In this document: piece by piece, positions 20,726 to 30,247 of the stretch | Numbering within the stretch: the stretch's first letter is position 1 | Layout of the letters: each line of letters begins with the position of its first letter | Assembly: GCA_038327905.1 (NCBI GenBank) | Contig: JBBQLN010000010.1 | Coordinates: 11 to 64,010 of the forward strand | Source: Burkholderiales bacterium | GTDB taxonomy: Bacteria > Pseudomonadota > Gammaproteobacteria > Burkholderiales > Methylophilaceae | Direction: 5' to 3' | DNA length: 64,000 bases | Program-made: the position numbers and the translations under genes | Notes under the pieces: model-generated | What the model saw: only the letters and a program-made list of their open reading frames with translations | Database searches by the model: none | What the model was told of the DNA's origin: nothing

Positions 20726-20763
20726 CGTCTAGCTTTAAAACAATTAAAACTAAAGGCAATACA

Positions 20764-21645
20764 ATGGCTCAATACTTCCGCCCTAGGCGTTCTATGCTTT
20801 ATGTACCCAGTTGCAACACGCACTACCTTGAGCGTGCGCGGACGCTTCACGCCGATTCCGTCATACTAGATCTGGGCGACCCTATATTGGTTGAATGCAA
20901 AGAAGAGTCGCGCGACAACGTAGTGCGCTTTGTAAATGAAGGGGGCTATGGCTCACGTGAAGTAGTGGTACGCGTTAATGATCTTATTTCTCAATGGGGT
21001 CCTGACGATATTAAGGCGATTGCAAAAACCAAAGTGGATGCTGTTTTATTTCCAAACATCGAATCTCGTGAAGATGTGCTTACTGCACTTTCATTGCTAG
21101 ATGCTGCGGGCGGCAGCCACTTACCGATTATGGTGATGATTGAAAGCCCGATTGCCGTGTTGAACGCAAAAGAAATTGCAGCAGCATCAGATCGTATCGT
21201 GTGCATTGTCATGGCAACCTCTGACTTAATTTCTCAATTACATGCACGCGTTACACACGAACGCTCAGCGATTTTAACTTCGCTTTCCTTAGTGATACTT
21301 GCCGCTCGCGCTTATGGCCATGCTGTGGTGGATGGCATCACTAGCGACTTCAGAAATATGCACTCTTTTGAATATGCCTGCCGCTTGGGGCGCGATATGG
21401 GTTTTGATGGCAAATCGTTAGTGCACCCTGCACAATTAGCTTACAGCAACGATGCTTACACACCGCAAGCTTTAGAAGTGACACATGCACAAGAAATTAT
21501 CGCCGCGTTAAAAGAGGCTAACGAGCAAGGTAAAGGTACGGTAGTAGTTAACGATAAGCTTGTAGAACGCCATCACGTGAGGGCTGCAGAGCGCTTATTA
21601 AGACTCAGTGAAATGATTAAGACTTTGGAAGAAAGCCATGTCTAA
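20764..21645 (+). CDS. CitE-like acyl-CoA lyase family protein (paralog 2), variant DLGD motif
   Basis: 293 aa. RRSMLYVPS..ADSVILDLGDP, MIESP and SLVHPAQL are CitE/HpcH family motifs. The usual DLED is DLGD here (Gly codon 20875-77). Confidence 0.7.
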   Translation: MAQYFRPRRSMLYVPSCNTHYLERARTLHADSVILDLGDPILVECKEESRDNVVRFVNEGGYGSREVVVRVNDLISQWGPDDIKAIAKTKVDAVLFPNIESREDVLTALSLLDAAGGSHLPIMVMIESPIAVLNAKEIAAASDRIVCIVMATSDLISQLHARVTHERSAILTSLSLVILAARAYGHAVVDGITSDFRNMHSFEYACRLGRDMGFDGKSLVHPAQLAYSNDAYTPQALEVTHAQEIIAALKEANEQGKGTVVVNDKLVERHHVRAAERLLRLSEMIKTLEESHV

Positions 21646-22735
21646 TACTAAAAGTAAAATCAACGTAGGTAAAGTTAATACGGGCAATTTCTTTGAGGAC
21701 TTTCACCTCAATCAAGTGATTCAGCACGCGACACCACGCACCATCACCGAAGGTGAAATGGCGCTGTACATCGCCTTAACTGGTGCTCGCCAAGTTTTGC
21801 ATTCGGCTGATACGGTGGCTCAATCGTTAGGTTACAACGCTAGGCCTGTCGATGATTTACTCGCATTTCATATTGCCTTTGGTAAAACTGTACCTGATAT
21901 TTCCGTTAACGCAATTGCAAATCTTGGTTATGCGGATGTCCGTTTTTTACAACCTGTGCATATTGGCGATACGCTGAGCACTTGTTCAGCCGTCATTGGC
22001 TTGAAACAAAACTCCAATGGCAAATCTGGTGTTGTTTATGTGCGCTCTGTATCTACCAATCAACTACAACAGCCTGTACTTTCATGGGTGCGCTGGGTAA
22101 TGGTGCACAAAAATAATTTGGATGCGCCAGCGCCAGAAACCCTAGTGCCAAACTTGCCCAGCCATGTGCCAGCTGAAGAACTAAACGTACCTAATTTTCT
22201 GGATGCCAGAAAATTCAATACCACAGTCACTGGTGGACAATATTTATGGAACGACTATGCCGTGGGGGAGCGCATCAACCACCCAGCAGGCATGACAATT
22301 AGTGACACTGACCATACCCTCGCGACCAAACTTTATCAAAACAATGCGCGCTTGCATTTTGATGATGTGATGATGAAAAAGACTGCATTTGGTAGACGCT
22401 TAATGTACGGCGGCCACATTATTTCGTTGTGTCGTGCGCTGTCGAATGATGGCCTAGAGAATGCACTGTGCATTGTTGCCATAAACGGTGGTACGCACTG
22501 CAACCCATCATTTGGTGACGACACTATTTACACATGGACAGAGGTTTTGGATAAATGGGATGTGCCAAACCGTAACGATGTTGGCGCATTAAGATTGCGT
22601 ATGGTTGGTGTAAAAAATATGTCTGCAGACGCATTAGAAAGCACGCACATTAACGCTGACGGTAAACAATCTTACCACCCAAATGTAGTGTTGGATTTAG
22701 ATTACACCGTGCTAATGCCACGGAAACCAAATTAA
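21638..22735 (+). CDS. Double hot-dog MaoC-family enoyl-CoA hydratase (mesaconyl-CoA / itaconyl-CoA hydratase-like)
   Basis: 365 aa, the size of fused two-MaoC-domain hydratases (Mch/Ich type). Overlaps the upstream gene by 8 nt. Specificity is not determinable by eye. Confidence 0.6.
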   Translation: MSNTKSKINVGKVNTGNFFEDFHLNQVIQHATPRTITEGEMALYIALTGARQVLHSADTVAQSLGYNARPVDDLLAFHIAFGKTVPDISVNAIANLGYADVRFLQPVHIGDTLSTCSAVIGLKQNSNGKSGVVYVRSVSTNQLQQPVLSWVRWVMVHKNNLDAPAPETLVPNLPSHVPAEELNVPNFLDARKFNTTVTGGQYLWNDYAVGERINHPAGMTISDTDHTLATKLYQNNARLHFDDVMMKKTAFGRRLMYGGHIISLCRALSNDGLENALCIVAINGGTHCNPSFGDDTIYTWTEVLDKWDVPNRNDVGALRLRMVGVKNMSADALESTHINADGKQSYHPNVVLDLDYTVLMPRKPN

Positions 22736-22771
22736 TAAATTTTTTTTAGATTAGCACCTTAGGAAGATACG

Positions 22772-23773
22772 ATGTCAAGCACACAACAATTAGTTCACCC
22801 TAGAGACGCATTATTTGGCGGTGAAAAATCATTTCCCATCATCCCATCATGCGAGCATTTTGCTGGCAGTGAAAAATTAATACTTAAAGCCCTCTCTATG
22901 CAAGACACGGTCGGGGCTGTATTTGACATTACTTGCGACTGCGAAGATGGCGCACAAGCCGGTCAAGAGCGTGAACATGCAGCAATGATAGTGCGCGTTT
23001 TAACAAGCGATGCCAATAAACACAAAATGGCAGGCGCACGAATTCACGACTACACCAATAGTTACTGGAAACAAGATGTGGATATTTTGGTGGCCGGTGC
23101 TGGCAAAGTTTTAAGCTATATCACCATTCCAAAATGTACCACTTACGCACAAGCCAGCGAAATGATTGCCTATATTCAGAAAACGGCTACTTTCAATGGC
23201 GTTGAGCGCGTGATTCCAGTGCATATCCTCATTGAAACGCACGGTGCATTAAAAGCCGTGCATGAAATCGCGACCTTGCCTTGGGTGCAAGTGTTGGACT
23301 TTGGCTTAATGGACTTTGTCAGTGGTCATCACGGCGCTATTCCAGCTTCCGCTATGCGAAGCCCAGGTCAGTTTGACCACAGATTACTCGCACGTGCAAA
23401 AGCAGAGCTAGTCGCAGCTGCGCTCGCTAATGGCGTGGTACCTGCACATAACGTCACACTAGATCTTAAAAATGTAAAAACGACGCATTCAGATGCCTCA
23501 CGTGCGCGCAACGAATTTGGCTTTTTACGTATGTGGAGTATTTACCCAACGCAAATCGAAGCTATTGTCGATGCCATGAAACCAAACTTTGATGAAGTGC
23601 AAGATGGCGCCAACATTCTACTCGCTGCTCAAAAGGCCGACTGGGGACCAATTCAGTACGATGGCGAACTACATGACAGAGCGACCTATCGTTATTTCTG
23701 GGAAATTCTACAAAAAGCCAAACTGACCAAAGTCGCTATTCCAGCTGAAGCAACACAAGCCTTCTTCAGTTAA
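22772..23773 (+). CDS. HpcH/HpaI aldolase - CitE-like acyl-CoA lyase family protein (paralog 3)
   Basis: 333 aa. Motifs DCEDG, ILIETHGAL, GLMDF and WSIYPTQI parallel the malyl-CoA lyase motifs (LDLEDA, LIET, WAIHPSQI) that I recall. Confidence 0.65.
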   Translation: MSSTQQLVHPRDALFGGEKSFPIIPSCEHFAGSEKLILKALSMQDTVGAVFDITCDCEDGAQAGQEREHAAMIVRVLTSDANKHKMAGARIHDYTNSYWKQDVDILVAGAGKVLSYITIPKCTTYAQASEMIAYIQKTATFNGVERVIPVHILIETHGALKAVHEIATLPWVQVLDFGLMDFVSGHHGAIPASAMRSPGQFDHRLLARAKAELVAAALANGVVPAHNVTLDLKNVKTTHSDASRARNEFGFLRMWSIYPTQIEAIVDAMKPNFDEVQDGANILLAAQKADWGPIQYDGELHDRATYRYFWEILQKAKLTKVAIPAEATQAFFS

Positions 23774-23825
23774 TTTTATTAAATCTAAGATATACATTTA
23801 AATACATAATATTCAGGTACTCCAT

Positions 23826-24713
23826 ATGACACAAGCAGCCACAGCAGGGGCAAGATTTCGTGCCGCTCTAATCGCCGAAAAACCACTACAAATCATCGGT
23901 GCAATCAATGCATACCACGCCATGCTCGCTACCCAAAGTGGTTTTAAAGCACTTTATTTATCTGGCGGCGGTGTTGCTGCAGGCTCGCTTGGATTACCAG
24001 ATTTAGGTATATCCACTTTAGAAGATGTGTTAATTGACGTGCGCCGCATTACAGATGCCGTTGATACACCTTTACTCGTGGATATCGATACTGGCTGGGG
24101 CGGCGCTTTTAACATTGCACGCAGCGTAAAAAGTATTGCCAAAGCTGGCGCAGCGGCGGTACATATTGAAGACCAAGTGTCAGCAAAGCGCTGCGGCCAT
24201 CGCCCAAACAAAGCTATTGTGAGCTTAGAAGAAATGGTCGACCGTGTAAAAGCTGCAGTTGACGCAAAACCTTACGATGATTTCGTTATCATGGCGCGCA
24301 CTGATGCATTGGCTGTAGAAGGTTTGCAATCAGCCATAGACCGCGCTTGCGCCTGCGCTGAGGCGGGTGCTGACATGATTTTCCCTGAGGCGATTACAGA
24401 GCTCAGCATGTACAAGCAATTTGCAGCCGCTGTAAAAGTGCCCGTGTTGGCCAATATTACTGAATTTGGCAGCACGCCATTGTTTACTGTGGATGAGCTA
24501 CGCATTGCGGATGTGAGCATGGTGCTCTACCCACTGTCAGCTTTCCGTGCGATGAATCAAGCGGCGTTAACCGTTTACCAAGCAGTGAAAAAAGATGGTT
24601 CACAAAAAAATGTAGTCGACATCATGCAAACCCGCATGGATCTTTACGACCACTTGGGCTACCACGCTTTTGAGCAAAAGTTAGATGCTCTATTTAATCA
24701 AAATAAAGCTTAA
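23826..24713 (+). CDS. prpB: 2-methylisocitrate lyase
   Basis: 295 aa, near-collinear with the recalled E. coli PrpB (..[22 protein letters not shown].., [29 protein letters not shown]). Confidence 0.93.
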   Translation: MTQAATAGARFRAALIAEKPLQIIGAINAYHAMLATQSGFKALYLSGGGVAAGSLGLPDLGISTLEDVLIDVRRITDAVDTPLLVDIDTGWGGAFNIARSVKSIAKAGAAAVHIEDQVSAKRCGHRPNKAIVSLEEMVDRVKAAVDAKPYDDFVIMARTDALAVEGLQSAIDRACACAEAGADMIFPEAITELSMYKQFAAAVKVPVLANITEFGSTPLFTVDELRIADVSMVLYPLSAFRAMNQAALTVYQAVKKDGSQKNVVDIMQTRMDLYDHLGYHAFEQKLDALFNQNKA

Positions 24714-24727
24714 AGGAGAAAAGCAGC

Positions 24728-25903
24728 ATGAATGCAAACACTCAAAACACCATTCAAACAAGCGGTATCGAAGCCCCTAAAAAGAAAAAAGGCGTAGCGC
24801 TAGCAGGTGTTTCTGCGGGAACCACAGCCATTTGTACAGTAGGCCATACGGGCAACGATTTGCATTATCGTGGTTACGACATTATTGAGCTGGCTAAAAG
24901 TGCAACGTTTGAAGAAGTCGCTTATTTATTGATTCATGGTGAATTACCAAATAAAGCTGAGCTAGCCGCTTATCACGCCAAACTTAAAAAGTTACGCGAT
25001 ATACCTGCCGCACTCAAAACCGTGTTGGAACAAATTCCAAAAAATACACACCCAATGGATGTGATGCGCACAGGTTGTGCAATGCTAGGTACCTTAGAAC
25101 CTGAAGCGGCTGACCGTAATATCAAAGCAGCGCAAGATTTAGGCGACAAGCTAATTTCGTGTTTCGGCTCAATTTTGTTGTATTGGTACCACTTTAGTCA
25201 CCATGGTAAACGCGTGAATTTAGAAACTGACGACGATAGCATTGCAGCTCACTTTCTACATGTGCTTCATAACAAGGCGCCAAGCCAATTACATATTGAT
25301 GCGATGAATACATCTCTCGTGTTATACGCAGAGCATGAATTCAATGCCTCAACATTCACCGCGCGTGTGATTGCAGGCACATTGTCTGACATGTATAGCT
25401 GCATCACTGGCGCAATTGGTGCTTTACGTGGCGCTAAACACGGTGGTGCAAATGAAGCGGCAATGGAAATCATTGAGCGCTATAAAAATGCCGACGAAGC
25501 AGAAGCTGACATTTTAGCGCGCATGGCACGCAAAGAAATCATCATTGGTTTTGGTCACCCAGTTTATACGATCGCTGACCCACGAAATGAGTCAATCAAA
25601 GCTGTTAGCCGCAAATTATGCGAAGATGCAGGCAATATGACGCTTTTTGAAGTATCAGCTCGTATTGAAGAAGTGATGTGGCGTGAGAAAAAAATGTTCC
25701 CAAACTTAGATTGGTACAGCGCCTCTAGCTATCACATGATGGGCATTCCTACGGGCATGTTCACACCGATTTTTGTAGTCTCACGCACGACAGGCTGGGT
25801 TGCGCATGTAATTGAGCAACGTATTGATAACAAAATCATACGCCCAAATGCCGAGTACATTGGCCCAGATAATCGCGCTTATGTACCTTTAGAAAAACGT
25901 TAA
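24728..25903 (+). CDS. prpC: 2-methylcitrate synthase
   Basis: 391 aa of the citrate synthase family (GFGHPVY, catalytic His/Asp context). Located between prpB and prpD. Confidence 0.9.
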   Translation: MNANTQNTIQTSGIEAPKKKKGVALAGVSAGTTAICTVGHTGNDLHYRGYDIIELAKSATFEEVAYLLIHGELPNKAELAAYHAKLKKLRDIPAALKTVLEQIPKNTHPMDVMRTGCAMLGTLEPEAADRNIKAAQDLGDKLISCFGSILLYWYHFSHHGKRVNLETDDDSIAAHFLHVLHNKAPSQLHIDAMNTSLVLYAEHEFNASTFTARVIAGTLSDMYSCITGAIGALRGAKHGGANEAAMEIIERYKNADEAEADILARMARKEIIIGFGHPVYTIADPRNESIKAVSRKLCEDAGNMTLFEVSARIEEVMWREKKMFPNLDWYSASSYHMMGIPTGMFTPIFVVSRTTGWVAHVIEQRIDNKIIRPNAEYIGPDNRAYVPLEKR

Positions 25904-25935
25904 TTTAAAAATAGTTCAATTATAGAAAGTGTCTC

Positions 25936-27396
25936 ATGTCATCTCATATATCAAACGTACGTCCTGCGCCAGACCAAGTGATTGTCGATATCGCCAATTA
26001 TGTGGCTGATTTCGAAATCAAATCTGATGAAGCATTCGACACTGCGCGCAACTGCTTAATGGATACGCTAGGTTGCGGTTTTGAGGCCTTAGATTATCCT
26101 GCTTGCACCAAATTATTAGGCCCAGTGATTGCTGGCACAGTCGTGCCAAACGGCGCAAAAGTGCCAGGCACTTCATTTCAGCTAGACCCAATCTTAGCCG
26201 CCTTCAACATCGGCGCGATGATACGTTGGTTAGACTTTAACGACACATGGTTAGCTGCTGAATGGGGTCACCCATCAGATAACTTAGGCGGCATTTTGGC
26301 CACTGCAGATTATATTTCACGTAAAAATGTAGCTGAAGGTAAAGCTGCACTGACTATTAAAGACGTGCTGACAGCGATGATTAAAGCACACGAAATTCAA
26401 GGGGTATTAGCGCTAGAAAACAGCTTTAACCGCGTAGGTTTAGACCATGTGATTTTAGTTAAAATCGCCTCTACAGCGGTAGTGACCAAACTACTAGGCG
26501 GCAATAAAGAAGATATTATCAACGCTGTTTCTAATGCCTTTGTTGATGGTCAAAGTTTACGCACTTATCGCCATTCGCCCAACACAGGCTCACGTAAATC
26601 ATGGGCAGCGGGTGATGCGACAAGCCGTGCAGTGCGTTTGGCGTGGATGACCATGCAAGGTGAAATGGGCTACCCAAGCGCACTCACAGCCAAAACATGG
26701 GGTTTCTACGATGTACTATTTAAAGGCAACGCATTTAGGTTTCAACGTGGTTATGGCTCGTATGTGATGGAACAAGTATTGTTCAAAATCTCTTTTCCAG
26801 CTGAATTCCATGCACAGACCGCTGTAGAGTGTGCAATTCAATTACACGCACAAGTGGGCAAAGAAATTCAAACATTAGAACAAATCGCGCAAATTGATAA
26901 AATCGTCATTACAACCCACGAATCAGCCATTCGCATTATCGATAAAACTGGCCCTTTAGATAACCCAGCTGACCGTGACCACTGTATTCAATACATGTCT
27001 GCCATTGGCTTGTTAAAAGGCAACTTAACCGCACAAGATTATGAAAATTCAGCTGCGGCAGACCCTCGCATCGACGCCATTCGCGCAAAAATGGTCTGTG
27101 TAGAAAAAGCCGAATACACTGCAGATTATCTAAACCCAGAAAAGCGCTCAATTGCTAACGCAATTCAAGTGTTCTTTAAAGACCATACAAGCTCAGACAA
27201 TATCGCCGTGGAATATCCAATCGGCCACCGCCGTCGTCGTGGTCAGGGCATCCCAGAACTTGTGAAAAAGTTCCAAGTGAACTTAGCACGCCGTTTTGAT
27301 GCTAAAAAACAATCAGAAATTTTAGCGCTTTGTTTAGATCAAACTAAATTGGAAGCAACGCCTGTCAACGTATTTGTGGATATGCTAGTAGCTTAA
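25936..27396 (+). CDS. prpD: 2-methylcitrate dehydratase
   Basis: 486 aa of the MmgE/PrpD family, about the length of E. coli PrpD. Last gene of the operon. Confidence 0.9.
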   Translation: MSSHISNVRPAPDQVIVDIANYVADFEIKSDEAFDTARNCLMDTLGCGFEALDYPACTKLLGPVIAGTVVPNGAKVPGTSFQLDPILAAFNIGAMIRWLDFNDTWLAAEWGHPSDNLGGILATADYISRKNVAEGKAALTIKDVLTAMIKAHEIQGVLALENSFNRVGLDHVILVKIASTAVVTKLLGGNKEDIINAVSNAFVDGQSLRTYRHSPNTGSRKSWAAGDATSRAVRLAWMTMQGEMGYPSALTAKTWGFYDVLFKGNAFRFQRGYGSYVMEQVLFKISFPAEFHAQTAVECAIQLHAQVGKEIQTLEQIAQIDKIVITTHESAIRIIDKTGPLDNPADRDHCIQYMSAIGLLKGNLTAQDYENSAAADPRIDAIRAKMVCVEKAEYTADYLNPEKRSIANAIQVFFKDHTSSDNIAVEYPIGHRRRRGQGIPELVKKFQVNLARRFDAKKQSEILALCLDQTKLEATPVNVFVDMLVA

Positions 27397-27422
27397 ATTA
27401 TTAGTCGCTTAGATTAATAAAA

Positions 27423-27452
27423 ATACGCGTACACCTGCGTATATTTTTATTT
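27423..27452. terminator. Weak bidirectional terminator-like hairpin between prpD and the MocR gene
   Basis: ATACGC(27423-28)-N8-GCGTAT(27437-42), flanked by an A-run upstream and ATTTTTATTT downstream. The stem is only 6 bp. Confidence 0.3.
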
Positions 27453-27454
27453 GA

Positions 27455-28939
27455 CTAATTTTTACTCAGCGTCTGGAAAGCAACTTTCAGTCGCTGAACC
27501 CCTTGCGACAACTCATCATTACCCAAGCTTCCAAATCCCATTCTAATTGCCTGTACAGTAAAACCATTATCCATAAAAAGTGAGCCCAGTAATATCTGTA
27601 CTCTTTCTTTGCTCGCACATACCACTAAGTTTTCTAAATTGACGTTCTTAGTCAGCCTTAGCCAGAATGCCAAGCCACCTTGCGGCATATCAAAATTCAC
27701 AAACTCTGATAGCTCACTTAGTAAAAGCTTTTCCAGTAAATTACGTCGCTCATGATAGATTTTAAATGTTCTGCGGATGTGACGCTTTACTTCACCAGTA
27801 TCAATCAACTCCGAAACAACCATCTCCGTGACGGAGTTACCTTGACGATCTATCAGCATAATTTCTGTGGCACATCGATCAACAAACTCTGGCGATGCAA
27901 CAAGATAACCTATGCGTAAACCAGGCGCCAATACTTTAGACATAGACCCTACGTAAACTACTCTGCCCGAGCTATCTGTGCTTGCTAGCGGCAAAGCTGG
28001 ATGATGCTCAAAGTGAAACTCGTGATCGTAATCATCTTCAATAATTACAAAATCATATTGCTCGGCTAGCATAAGAAGTTTTAATCTGCGCTCTGCAGTC
28101 ATCATTACGGTAGTAGGAAACTGATGATGCGGTGTCACATAAACCGCACGTATTTTTTGATCCTTACAGAGCAACTCGAGCTCATCCACCTTTAGACCAT
28201 ACTCATCAACACCCACACTTAATACGGTTGCGCCACATGATCTAAACGCATCTCTTGCAGGCGGATAAGTTAGATTTTCTAACACAACGACATCATTGGG
28301 ACGTACTAACACTCGTGCTGCCAGAAATATACCCATCTGGCTTCCACGTACTATGCAGATGCTATCAACATCCACATTTAAGCCTCTTTCTATATTAAGC
28401 ATGTTGGCGATTGATTGCCGTAATGACAACATCCCTCTTGGGCTGTCATAGCCCAGACAATTCACGCGTGAAGTACCGACTAAGGCATGGCGAAATGCTC
28501 GTGATAACACTTCAAACGGAATCAAACGCGCATCTGGAAGCCCATCGTTGAAGTCAATCACCTTGCTAGTTAATGTTTTCGCTTTTTGGCGCACTGGCTG
28601 CTGTGTATAAAGGCTGGATGATGTTGCTAAGTCAGCTTCAAAACGAGGACTAGGCAATTGCTCTAGGATTGTAAATTTAGGTAGTCTAGCTGAAACAAAC
28701 GTACCCCTTCGCTTTTCAGTGCTAAGCCAACCTTGGGCCACCAGCTCCTCATACGCCAGCATCACAGTTTTTCTATTCACTTTTAGGCTCGCGGCCAAAT
28801 CACGGGTACTTGGCATTGCTGTTGATGACTTTAATCGTCCAACTTTAATTTCTTCGATAATTTTTTGCACAATTTGCATGTATACCGCCATACCAGAATT
28901 CTGGCTAAGCGAGATATTTAACGCCCACAGTCGCAACAT
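27455..28939 (-). CDS. MocR/PdxR-type GntR regulator with fused aminotransferase-like (fold type I PLP) domain
   Basis: 494 aa. N-terminal wHTH (MPSTRDLAASLKVNRKTVMLAYEEL) plus a large aminotransferase class I/II-like domain (..SMSKVLAPGLRIGY.. with the PLP Lys context). Confidence 0.85.
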   Translation of the reverse strand: MLRLWALNISLSQNSGMAVYMQIVQKIIEEIKVGRLKSSTAMPSTRDLAASLKVNRKTVMLAYEELVAQGWLSTEKRRGTFVSARLPKFTILEQLPSPRFEADLATSSSLYTQQPVRQKAKTLTSKVIDFNDGLPDARLIPFEVLSRAFRHALVGTSRVNCLGYDSPRGMLSLRQSIANMLNIERGLNVDVDSICIVRGSQMGIFLAARVLVRPNDVVVLENLTYPPARDAFRSCGATVLSVGVDEYGLKVDELELLCKDQKIRAVYVTPHHQFPTTVMMTAERRLKLLMLAEQYDFVIIEDDYDHEFHFEHHPALPLASTDSSGRVVYVGSMSKVLAPGLRIGYLVASPEFVDRCATEIMLIDRQGNSVTEMVVSELIDTGEVKRHIRRTFKIYHERRNLLEKLLLSELSEFVNFDMPQGGLAFWLRLTKNVNLENLVVCASKERVQILLGSLFMDNGFTVQAIRMGFGSLGNDELSQGVQRLKVAFQTLSKN

Positions 28940-28961
28940 AATGACTCCAACCTCATTTTAA

Positions 28962-29152
28962 TTTTTGAATTCAAAAACAATCTCTGGACCATGTAACTTT
29001 ATTTTTCTGGCTCTTTTAAGAACCAGTAACAAATGGTTACACTTCGTTACAGTAATGTAAAGGGAAAATATTTCCCACAGATTCATTTAAGCAATAGCCC
29101 TTTAATCTCGCATTGAAATTAGAGGTTGAAATTAAATCTCTGAATATGTAAC
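28962..29152. promoter_or_regulatory. Motif-dense divergent control region (MocR gene <-> MoxR operon)
   Basis: 16-bp perfect palindrome TTTTTGAATTCAAAAA (28962-77). Hexamers GTTACA 29036, GTTACA 29046 and TGTAAA 29056 are phased at exactly 10 bp, with extra TGTAAC at 28992 and 29147. GGGAAA-ATA-TTTCCC lies at 29062-76. Direct repeat TTGAAATTA occurs twice (29113-21, 29126-34). Confidence 0.45.
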
Positions 29153-29181
29153 AACCAATTTTAAATTTTGTTGGGAATTTT

Positions 29182-30240
29182 ATGAACACTGCAACCGCAC
29201 CCCTTGGTACAAACAATATAGATGCTCAATTGAGCGATATGCGTGCACATGCCATTAAGTTAGAAAACGAAGTTAAAGGTGTCATCGTGGGTCAAGATAA
29301 GGCCATTCGTTTGATGAATACTGCCATCTTTGCACGTGGCCATGTGTTACTTGATGGTGGCGTGGGGGTTGGTAAAACAACGTTACTGCAAGCCATCGCA
29401 CGTGGTATTGGTGGTGCTTATGAGCGTATTGAGGGCACGGTTGACTTAATGCCAAACGACTTGATTTACCATACGTTTCTGGGGCCAGATGGTCGCCCGC
29501 AAATTGATGAAGGCCCTTTACTACGCGCTGGTGAAAATTTATCCGTATTCTTTTTTAACGAGATTAATCGCGCCCGCCCTCAAGTGCATGCGTTGATGTT
29601 ACGCGTGATGGCAGAACGCCATATTAGCGCGTTCAAAAAAGAATACCGCATGCCACACATGATTGTGTTTGCAGACCGTAACCAAGTTGAAAAGAACGAG
29701 ACATTCGAAATTCCTTCAGCTGCACGTGACCGTTTTATGATGGAAATTCCAATTGAGATTCCAACCGATCGTGAATTAAAGAAATCATTAGTATTTAACA
29801 CTAAATTTCAACATGCAGAAAAACTCACACAGCAAGTTGAAAGTAATATTTTACAGTTTGACCAACTCAATGCGTTTTCGGATATGTTGCAAAACCATAT
29901 TCAATCTAGCGACGTATTAGAAGAATACGCTTTGGACTTGTGGGAAGCTACACAACACCCTGAGAAATTTGGCGTAAAAATGGAAAGCGTAGACGTGGCC
30001 AGAGTCATTCAAACAGGCTCAAGTCCACGTGGTATGGGTATGTTGCTGAAAACGGCTCGCGTTAATGCTTGGTTAAACAACCGTGATAGCATGTTCCCTG
30101 AAGATATTCATGCGGTATTCCATGAAGTCATTTCACACCGTTTAGTATTTAACTCTATGTACGAAAATCGTAGAACAGCACTAGCACGCGAACTCACGGC
30201 AAATATCATGAGTACAGTAGCTGTACCTGCGGCCAAATAA
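29182..30240 (+). CDS. MoxR-family AAA+ ATPase (mxaR-like)
   Basis: 352 aa. Walker A GGVGVGKT. Walker B region FFFNEINRA (usually DEINRA). Sensor/Arg region ..SSPRG.. . First gene of the coupled operon. Confidence 0.88.
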   Translation: MNTATAPLGTNNIDAQLSDMRAHAIKLENEVKGVIVGQDKAIRLMNTAIFARGHVLLDGGVGVGKTTLLQAIARGIGGAYERIEGTVDLMPNDLIYHTFLGPDGRPQIDEGPLLRAGENLSVFFFNEINRARPQVHALMLRVMAERHISAFKKEYRMPHMIVFADRNQVEKNETFEIPSAARDRFMMEIPIEIPTDRELKKSLVFNTKFQHAEKLTQQVESNILQFDQLNAFSDMLQNHIQSSDVLEEYALDLWEATQHPEKFGVKMESVDVARVIQTGSSPRGMGMLLKTARVNAWLNNRDSMFPEDIHAVFHEVISHRLVFNSMYENRRTALARELTANIMSTVAVPAAK

Positions 30241-30247
30241 GCCTGTT

